32,000 nt of DNA. Origin: Candidatus Heimdallarchaeota archaeon (GTDB lineage: Archaea; Asgardarchaeota; Heimdallarchaeia; Heimdallarchaeales; Kariarchaeaceae). This document shows positions 1 through 7,277 of this stretch, piece after piece (within the stretch, counting starts at the first letter, position 1; every line of letters begins with the position of its first letter). The stretch is taken from the NCBI GenBank assembly GCA_030149205.1, contig JASBSB010000007.1:270001-302000 (forward strand), read 5' to 3'. The translations under genes were made by a program, and so were the position numbers. The notes beneath the pieces are model-generated. The model made no database searches and was not told where the DNA came from. It saw nothing but the letters and a program-made list of their open reading frames with translations.

Positions 1-1
1 T

Positions 2-700
2 CCTGGATATTCTAATGGTTTGATAACTATAAATCCTTATCACCCCCTCGTGCTTCAAATATTAAACGGAGTAATATCTTACGGTGTTTCAGCTCTAAAA
101 CAAGGTAATGGGAATACTGATGTGTACATTCAAAGCCCACTTGCACCTGTATCTCTTTATCTTTCCTTTGCAGTTTTTATAGCAGTTATTATTTCCCTTC
201 CTGTAACTGCCAAAGAGCTGTATTCTTATATCAGACCTGGATTAACTCAAAAGGAAGACCAAGTCATCAAAAAGGTCGGTTTGGTAGCTCTACTGTTGTT
301 TGTCACAGGTGTAGCTATCTCATTTTATAGCATTGTACCGATTACTATGAGAATACTTGCTGTATCAACAACATTTATTGTCGATGTAAGACCATGGTTT
401 AGTTTGGATTCACTTATCAATATACTTTTGTGGGGGACTTTAGGTGCAGGTTTACTCTATGCGTCTCCTATGATAGTGGTGGCATTGGTACAGCTCAACA
501 TTTTGACCGCAGAACAAGTAGCTGCTAGAAGACGAGAAATGATTTTCATTGTTTTTACTCTTGCAGCAATACTTACACCAGACCCAACACCCGTTAGCAC
601 ACTTATTCTCTCAATACCCATGTTACTGATAATTGAGGGTGTGATTCTTTGGTCTGTGAGTATAGAGCTCAATCGAAATTTGAATAATATTGCCACATAA
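2..700 (+). CDS. tatC: Twin-arginine translocase subunit TatC (5' end runs off the window)
   Basis: The frame is open from position 2, so the TTG at 20 is probably not the real start. Multi-TM protein with TatC motifs 'ELYSYIRPGL', 'RRREMIFIVFTLAAILTPDPT' and 'LSIPMLLIIE'. Confidence 0.92.
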   Translation, partial: PGYSNGLITINPYHPLVLQILNGVISYGVSALKQGNGNTDVYIQSPLAPVSLYLSFAVFIAVIISLPVTAKELYSYIRPGLTQKEDQVIKKVGLVALLLFVTGVAISFYSIVPITMRILAVSTTFIVDVRPWFSLDSLINILLWGTLGAGLLYASPMIVVALVQLNILTAEQVAARRREMIFIVFTLAAILTPDPTPVSTLILSIPMLLIIEGVILWSVSIELNRNLNNIAT

Positions 701-751
701 ATTGTCTGTTAAAATCACTACAGATTTAATCTGATAAATTCTTTAATATTT

Positions 752-2044
752 ATGGTTCAACTTGAATTAATATTTCAAATCTCTTGGAATATTGCGGGGA
801 TACTTTTCCTTCTGCTATACCCTATTGCTCATACCCTATTGGGAAGGGGAAAAATTAAGAGTGTGTTTTTTCACAGTCTATTTTTATTATTCTTAATATT
901 GGCATTGGATTCGGTAATTATTGGATTAAAATTGTACTCGAACACAGTGGTTCCTGGATTAAGTGATATTTTAATTATTATTGCAATCCTTTATATCTTG
1001 AGGTTATATCCTGTTTCAACTTTAATTACTTATTCTCCCAATTTACCAGTTGAGCAGGTTAACAATGAAGTGTTAGATGCAGTTATGAAGGGGGTCAGGG
1101 GTAAAAAATCTCAAGTACCAAACCTTTTTGATGAAGAAATAAATGGATCTTTTACCATAACTACACCCTATAGGCTTTCTTATGAAATTGAAGTTGGAGA
1201 GGGAGATAATGCTTTTTTTATTGTGAGCTCTTCAATTTCAATCGTGGTAAAACTTGTTAATTTACTAATTGTATATTTGGGAACGTATAGTTTAATAAAT
1301 TCAAAAACAATTTTTGTGGTTCCTGCTACTACAACAACCTTAGATATCCCAACAACTATTGTGTTTCTTATTTTTGGGAGTTTAGTTATCATGTATCTTG
1401 AATATACGAGTAGCTTAACCTTAGGGAAGGAACTAGTTCTTTTATATAGACGGTTGTTGCAAAAGCAGGTAAACAGAAAAATGAATTCCTTGGAATCTGA
1501 ATCTGTTGCTGGAGAACTTCCCGAAGAAGAAGATCCCTCAGAATTAGAAAAGGCAAGAGAAAGAGCAAGGAAGATTCTTGAGTCGAGAAAGTTCGATGTT
1601 TTAAGCAAAAAGAGACAACAGTTAAAAGATAAAGTTGACACAATTTTTGAGAAAGATATAGAAACTCAAAGTTTTGATCTTGAGACGATTGAAAGAATCC
1701 GCTTGGTAAATGCCGTAAAAAGAGCAACAACCTCCACCCCCCCTTGGACCAAGGTCTCACTATCTCAAATTGCTGAACTTGTAGATGGCGAAGAAGAAGA
1801 AGTTGAACTTATTATTACCAACCTAAGACAGCAAGGTGAGATTCCTGGAATTTATGATATTTGGAAGAAGATGTATTTCGGGGTGAAAGATGAACAATGG
1901 ATTATTCATCAAACCCTCAATAAGTCAGAAGAACACGGAATGAATGTAAATCATATCATGGTTCATCCCGATGGAAAGACCGAGGTATCATTCAACTCAA
2001 AAAATGATTTAAAAAAGGAAAATGAATTCGAAGAAGAAGGTTAA
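752..2044 (+). CDS. Multi-pass membrane protein with cytoplasmic coiled region and C-terminal PCI-like winged helix
   Basis: 430-aa ORF with about 5 hydrophobic segments in the N-terminal half and a charged helical middle. 'VSLSQIAELVDGEEEEVELIITNLRQQGEIPGIYD' fits the PCI/winged-helix pattern. Confidence 0.75.
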   Translation: MVQLELIFQISWNIAGILFLLLYPIAHTLLGRGKIKSVFFHSLFLLFLILALDSVIIGLKLYSNTVVPGLSDILIIIAILYILRLYPVSTLITYSPNLPVEQVNNEVLDAVMKGVRGKKSQVPNLFDEEINGSFTITTPYRLSYEIEVGEGDNAFFIVSSSISIVVKLVNLLIVYLGTYSLINSKTIFVVPATTTTLDIPTTIVFLIFGSLVIMYLEYTSSLTLGKELVLLYRRLLQKQVNRKMNSLESESVAGELPEEEDPSELEKARERARKILESRKFDVLSKKRQQLKDKVDTIFEKDIETQSFDLETIERIRLVNAVKRATTSTPPWTKVSLSQIAELVDGEEEEVELIITNLRQQGEIPGIYDIWKKMYFGVKDEQWIIHQTLNKSEEHGMNVNHIMVHPDGKTEVSFNSKNDLKKENEFEEEG

Positions 2045-2142
2045 AATAAACAAATAGACTTCAAAAATAATTTGTTCAACCGATGGAATTAAAAAATATG
2101 AAATTTAGTTCCGGTCAGAATCGCTATAAATTAGGTGTTAAA

Positions 2143-3333
2143 ATGCAAAAAAGAAAGTTTATTTACCTTACCTCCTTGTTAGCGTTTCTGATAGTTTCAG
2201 GTGCATATGGTGCAATTAACCACACCACACCCAATATGTCTACAAGTCAAACTGGGACACCAGTAAAACACTATTATGTTTACCAAAAAACCTTTGCAAA
2301 CAATACTTTGGATGGAAAAGTTACCCCTGGTGAATATCCTAATGTTTTCAATGTTTCTGCAGTTGGAGGCTATCAGTTCGCACAAGTCTATATGGTTCAT
2401 GATGCAACAAGATTGAAAGTCGCTGTAGTGGCCAAGCTTGCTGGTTGGGTGGGCTTCGGATTAAGCGAAAATGGAATGATAAATGCAACAATATTTGAAA
2501 CTGGGGTTGTTGGTTCTAATACTTCCAGCCCAGGACTCTTCAAAGGTCTCTTAACCGGAAATGTGTTTCCTGGATTTGTTAGGAGCCTTTCAAACGCAGA
2601 AATCAGAGGTGTTCAGGTGGGGAATAACACAACTATCGAACTTGTAATTCCTCTCAAGTCACCAGATGGTTTTTACAATATGAAGATCAATCAAACTTAT
2701 GGTTTTATTGTAGCTGGCCATAAAACGAGTGATGTGTTGGAATATCACTCCTATCATTCACAAAGGAATCTAAGATTTACTTTATTACCTGCATCACAAC
2801 CGGCTCCTGTTGACGTCAGTTTAACAGGTTTAACTGTAACAAAAGGGCTGAATGGTAGCTATGATTTTCAAGTTAGTATGAACACCCTTACCCAAAATGT
2901 TACAGTTTCATTTGTCGCAAAATCTTTTTATGGTGAATTTTTCATAGGGAGTATTGATTCAAGTGGGGGAACGATTAAATTTGCAGGTAGCATGAACTTT
3001 ACAACTTATAGTCAGGTTAAGGTATATGCAATGACTGACAATCTGGTAGGGTTCAACGCAGCTAAAAGTAACACAGTTGAGATTTCTGGATTGACTCCAC
3101 ACTTTTATGAGATTTATGTTCATCATATTGTGGAGGATCCAAATTGGAATAACACAAAAGAATTTGTCGTTAACCCTAATATGTTTCAAAATTCTGGGCA
3201 CCTCATTAGTGCAGCAATGCTTTGGACCTTTGTGTTAGTTGTTACATTAGTACTTTGGGAGTATGGTGCAGCAGTAATGAAACTAATTTATCTGCACATT
3301 TTAGGAAATGAAGAGGAGTTGAAGAAAGAATGA
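2143..3333 (+). CDS. Exported, C-terminally anchored DOMON-domain protein (predicted Met/His heme b binder)
   Basis: The ATG at 2143 follows an AGGTG SD-like element and opens a Sec-type signal peptide (MQKRKFIYLTSLLAFLIVSGAYGA). DOMON motif 'GWVGFGLSENGM' with a downstream 'YHSYH'. C-terminal TM helix. The stop overlaps the next start (ATGA, 3330-3333). Confidence 0.75.
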   Translation: MQKRKFIYLTSLLAFLIVSGAYGAINHTTPNMSTSQTGTPVKHYYVYQKTFANNTLDGKVTPGEYPNVFNVSAVGGYQFAQVYMVHDATRLKVAVVAKLAGWVGFGLSENGMINATIFETGVVGSNTSSPGLFKGLLTGNVFPGFVRSLSNAEIRGVQVGNNTTIELVIPLKSPDGFYNMKINQTYGFIVAGHKTSDVLEYHSYHSQRNLRFTLLPASQPAPVDVSLTGLTVTKGLNGSYDFQVSMNTLTQNVTVSFVAKSFYGEFFIGSIDSSGGTIKFAGSMNFTTYSQVKVYAMTDNLVGFNAAKSNTVEISGLTPHFYEIYVHHIVEDPNWNNTKEFVVNPNMFQNSGHLISAAMLWTFVLVVTLVLWEYGAAVMKLIYLHILGNEEELKKE

Positions 3334-4313
3334 GTAAGGCAAGTTCATTTGTAAAATGGTCTGAAAACCTGACTGTAAAACGAAGAACGTTTATTAAAGG
3401 TCTTGCGTTTGTGGGGGCATCTGCTTATGCAATTGCACCACTCCCAAGACGAGACGGGTTTATCTTTAAAAACAGATTACCTCAAGGAATTACGGTTGAT
3501 CACTCCCGAGATTATAGCAGACGTTATGATAAATGGAGAATACCAAACACAGTATGGGGAATGGTGATTGACCTGGCAAAATGTGATGGGTGTAATGATT
3601 TGACATCTAAGGGGAACCCTCCTAGATGTACTGCAGCCTGTCAAGAAGGGCATCACGCACCAAGTGATTACAAACAAAATAGTAAATCATACTTTGACAA
3701 TGAACATCAGACTCAAGTTCAATTAAATCAAAGAGTTCATGAATATATCAAGGTATTTAAGGTTCAAGACAATCCATGGTCAAACTCTTACTTCTTCCCA
3801 AGACCATGTCAACAGTGTATCGACCCACCTTGTGTTCATGTTTGTCCAGTTCAGGCAGCTTGGCAAAGAACTGGAGATAGGCTCACATTGGTTGATCAAG
3901 AACGATGTATTGGTTGTCGACTATGTATGGCTGGGTGTCCCTATGAGGTAAGATTTTTCCATTGGGAAGATAACTACAAATTTTATGATAGTAATGGGAA
4001 ACCTTTAGGTCCAGATTCACGAATAGTCAAAGACTTTGAGATGCAAATGCCCTTCGAGATTGTCAAACAAAAAGGAGTAATTGCAAAATGTGACTTCTGT
4101 GGAAACCAATTCTTAGGAAAATTACCACATTGTGTGGCTTCTTGTCACAAGGGTGCTCTATATTTTGGAAATCTCTTGGAGAACTCAGTCACAAACAATA
4201 TGGGTGAAACAATTCTAGTCGACAAAACCATTCAAGAAAGGAAAGGTTTTAGATGGAAAGAAGAAGAAGGAACAAGACCCAGGGTATTTTATCTCCCTGC
4301 AAATACTAAGTAG
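3330..4313 (+). CDS. Tat-exported multi-[4Fe-4S] ferredoxin subunit (NrfC/DsrO/ActB2 family)
   Basis: Twin-arginine motif 'KRRTFIKG'. Cys motifs CDGC-x11-CTAAC, CQQCIDPPCVHVCP, CIGCRLCMAGCPY and CDFC...CVASC. 'WGMVIDLAKC' is typical of this family. Confidence 0.92.
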   Translation: MSKASSFVKWSENLTVKRRTFIKGLAFVGASAYAIAPLPRRDGFIFKNRLPQGITVDHSRDYSRRYDKWRIPNTVWGMVIDLAKCDGCNDLTSKGNPPRCTAACQEGHHAPSDYKQNSKSYFDNEHQTQVQLNQRVHEYIKVFKVQDNPWSNSYFFPRPCQQCIDPPCVHVCPVQAAWQRTGDRLTLVDQERCIGCRLCMAGCPYEVRFFHWEDNYKFYDSNGKPLGPDSRIVKDFEMQMPFEIVKQKGVIAKCDFCGNQFLGKLPHCVASCHKGALYFGNLLENSVTNNMGETILVDKTIQERKGFRWKEEEGTRPRVFYLPANTK

Positions 4314-4321
4314 GTGAAATC

Positions 4322-5794
4322 ATGGCAACAGCAAACGAACATACAGATTTTAATCCAGTAAAAACCAACCTTGAACATCTTTATATCCCAAATGGCGAGG
4401 TAATGGATGAACAAGAGGTAATGAGAAGGAGAAAAATTGTTGAAAAGGCATTTTTAACCATTCGTCCAGCAGAAATACTAGCTATGCTTCCACTTATAGT
4501 CGTTATGTGGGTGGGCTTTGGACATTATGTGGCATTACAGGAGATAGTAGGTCTAAAAGTCACAGCTTTATCTCAAAAAGTATTTTGGGGTATGTATATC
4601 ACAAACTTTGTTTTTTGGATCGGTGTATCGCATGTGGGAATGCTTATATCTGCAGTAATGAGGATATTAAATGCTAAGTTCAGAACTCCAATCACAAGAC
4701 TTGCAGAAGAAGTCACCATTGTATCATTATTAATGGGTGCTGGTTCGGTTCTGATCGATATGGGAAGGTTAGACCGTGCATTACATATTGCGTGGTATGC
4801 AAACATGACTTCCCCCTTAGTTTGGGATGTCATATCAATCAGTTTCTATTTAACTGGTAGTTTAATATTTTTCTACACCCCAATAATTCCGGACTTTGCT
4901 TATTACAGAGATAACCTGAATCCAAAAGTTCATGGTATGAGAATAAAGATCTACAAGATTCTTGCTCTAAATTGGAGAGGAACCCAGGAACAATATGAAA
5001 TTATCGAAGACAAGATCATGTCTAGGTTAAAATGGTTTATTCTTCCAATAGCTGTTTCAGTTCACACAGTTGTTAGTTGGATTTTTGCAGTTATGTGGAG
5101 AGCAGGATGGAATTCCACTATTTTTGGACCATATTTTGTCTCAGGTGCAATCTATTCTGGAACTTCTGCTTTAGTAACCATACTTGCATTGGTAACTTGG
5201 TATTATGGATTTGAAGACTATATCTCCATGACTCATATTAAACTTGTAATTAAACTGTGGGTCACAGTTGATTTTGTTTATATGTACTTTACACTCAATG
5301 AAATCATAGTTCCTGCCTACAAAAGAGAAGGAAGAGAGTTTTCTGTTTTGTATCAAAAATTCTACGGGGATATGGCAACAGTTTACTGGTTTGTTATAAT
5401 TGTTGGTGCTGTCATTCCATTCTTTGTAGGAATTTGGTTATACAATATGAAAGAGAAAAACAAGAACTGGTTCTATCTCATTGCAATCATAACTAGTCTA
5501 TTAAGCAACATTGGTTCTTGGTTCGAAAGATACACAATTGTAGTACCAACACTAAGATCCTTTGTTGTATCTCCCATTGAACCATTGTATGTTTATTTAC
5601 CAATTGCAGGAGAAATCTGGATTACTCTAGCCCAAGTTGCTTTCTTTATCTTCTTCTACTGGTTCCTAAACAAGCTAATTCCTCACATACCCTTATGGGA
5701 GGTCGAACTTGAATGGGAAAAATATGGCTTAGTAAAGGGCGAAACACCAACAAGAAAGCACTTAAATTCAATGGGTTCTGATCTTAAAGAATAA
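4322..5794 (+). CDS. nrfD: NrfD/PsrC-family quinone-reactive membrane subunit, ActC/QrcD-like
   Basis: About 10 TM segments. Motifs 'WGMYITNFVFWIGVSHVG', 'RTPITRLAE', 'DMGR', 'HTVVSWIFA', 'WNSTIFGPYFVSGAIYSG' and 'WFERYTIVV'. GGTGA SD-like element just upstream of the ATG. Confidence 0.92.
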   Translation: MATANEHTDFNPVKTNLEHLYIPNGEVMDEQEVMRRRKIVEKAFLTIRPAEILAMLPLIVVMWVGFGHYVALQEIVGLKVTALSQKVFWGMYITNFVFWIGVSHVGMLISAVMRILNAKFRTPITRLAEEVTIVSLLMGAGSVLIDMGRLDRALHIAWYANMTSPLVWDVISISFYLTGSLIFFYTPIIPDFAYYRDNLNPKVHGMRIKIYKILALNWRGTQEQYEIIEDKIMSRLKWFILPIAVSVHTVVSWIFAVMWRAGWNSTIFGPYFVSGAIYSGTSALVTILALVTWYYGFEDYISMTHIKLVIKLWVTVDFVYMYFTLNEIIVPAYKREGREFSVLYQKFYGDMATVYWFVIIVGAVIPFFVGIWLYNMKEKNKNWFYLIAIITSLLSNIGSWFERYTIVVPTLRSFVVSPIEPLYVYLPIAGEIWITLAQVAFFIFFYWFLNKLIPHIPLWEVELEWEKYGLVKGETPTRKHLNSMGSDLKE

Positions 5795-5837
5795 TTTTAA
5801 CTTAAATTCACACAGTCTGATATTTTAATATATAACT

Positions 5838-6008
5838 TTATTCACATTGAGGATATTTAGGACCAAGCAAGCTTCCAACACATAGAACAAGCTTTCCTGA
5901 GGTTTGTGTGACTGTAACTAACCCTAGAGCAATCAATAAGGGGGTGAATCCGAGCATGATCCTTCCAAGGTTGAGTTTCAAAAATCGTGTGGTTATTTTG
6001 TTTACCAT
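5838..6008 (-). CDS. Possible 56-aa small membrane protein
   Basis: Fills the gap between nrfD and the next gene. Basic N-terminus followed by a hydrophobic stretch (RIMLGFTPLLIALGLVTV). No family recognised. Confidence 0.3.
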   Translation of the reverse strand: MVNKITTRFLKLNLGRIMLGFTPLLIALGLVTVTQTSGKLVLCVGSLLGPKYPQCE

Positions 6009-6061
6009 TTTTGTTTTACTCCTGCATCTTGAGATGCTGATGTACATGATAAGTGTCTTAT

Positions 6062-7237
6062 TTAAACATCTGAAGTAATCATTGAAACATTTAGATAGAG
6101 TAATGTGCTATTAAATGAGACATAATTATCATGTCTGAGTCTTTCAAGTGATAACCAAGCAACAAAAAGTGAACCCAAGGGGTATATTAATCTCACCTCC
6201 TTATCACATTGTACTCGTTTCTCCTCAAATGGAAACTGGGACGGTAAAACCTTAACAATCACTGAATTTCCGTCAAGTAATGAATGGCAAATCACTCCTT
6301 GATAGCTCTGTGGAGGTTTACAACGTTCAGAATAAGTTCCTCGCCTGATCTGAACAAATATTTTGCCTAGCTTTTGCCTCCTAAGCTCTGAAAGATTTGC
6401 AAATTTTGAGTCTAAAAAGTTTGAAACCTCTCTTTTGTATCTTTCTAGCTCAATAAAGTTTAGTTTCTGATCTCTTTTTTCTTGAGGTGAAGAAATATAA
6501 TCTTCAAGTTGTTGGATTTTAACCACTATCTTGTTTTGAACTTCCTTTGTTGTTACAGTATAACATAATTTTAATAATTTTGGTTCAGAGATGATATCCA
6601 CAAGCTTAGATTTTATGGGTGTAGATAGAAAATTTGACCCAAGCATTTTCATAAGAAACTCCTGAGTTGGTTGATGAGTATTGTGAACAGTGTCAGCATA
6701 AAGCGAAACAACAGATTCAAATTTTGCTTCCTTCTCTAACTCTTGTATTTCTTTTTCAATAAGTCTTAACCCTCTTCGTCTCTCACCTCTCATCTCTTGA
6801 AAAACCCCTGTGTTGCTGATTGATGTTGTTGATGTGAGAAAGCCTATAAAACCAGGCTTCTTGTAAAAATACCTAACTATTGGATCAACAGAAATAAAGT
6901 CTTCTGGAATTTCATACTCAATTAACATTACTTTCGATGAAAATTCCTCAACTTGAATCAGGTTCGCAGACTCATGTCCAAATACCCTAAATATAGATAA
7001 TTCCGAATTAGAAACAGAAACAGATCTATCTATAAATAATATTTCATCTTCTATAAAATAGTGTTGTATCCTTTTAGTATTTATATTATCCTTTGTCTTA
7101 AACATCTCTTTTATTCTCTTACCAATTATTAAACTTGAATCATTCAACTTAGCATGTTTTTTCCAATAACGAATTTTATTTAATTGTAATTTAAGAAATC
7201 GATCTTCCTTAAAAAATATGAAGGTTTGAACTTTCAT
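6062..7237 (-). CDS. Hypothetical soluble protein
   Basis: 391-codon ORF with no competing long ORF, co-oriented 40 bp downstream of the permease. No motif recognised; start codon uncertain. Confidence 0.65.
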   Translation of the reverse strand: MKVQTFIFFKEDRFLKLQLNKIRYWKKHAKLNDSSLIIGKRIKEMFKTKDNINTKRIQHYFIEDEILFIDRSVSVSNSELSIFRVFGHESANLIQVEEFSSKVMLIEYEIPEDFISVDPIVRYFYKKPGFIGFLTSTTSISNTGVFQEMRGERRRGLRLIEKEIQELEKEAKFESVVSLYADTVHNTHQPTQEFLMKMLGSNFLSTPIKSKLVDIISEPKLLKLCYTVTTKEVQNKIVVKIQQLEDYISSPQEKRDQKLNFIELERYKREVSNFLDSKFANLSELRRQKLGKIFVQIRRGTYSERCKPPQSYQGVICHSLLDGNSVIVKVLPSQFPFEEKRVQCDKEVRLIYPLGSLFVAWLSLERLRHDNYVSFNSTLLYLNVSMITSDV

Positions 7238-7277
7238 TCCTTATGAAATGAATGAAGAACACCATTTAATAACCTAT

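Noticed and set aside
2083-2142. Longer N-terminus for the DOMON protein as given in the ORF track
   Set aside because: The ATG at 2143 has an SD-like AGGTG and begins a canonical signal peptide, so it is the more likely start.
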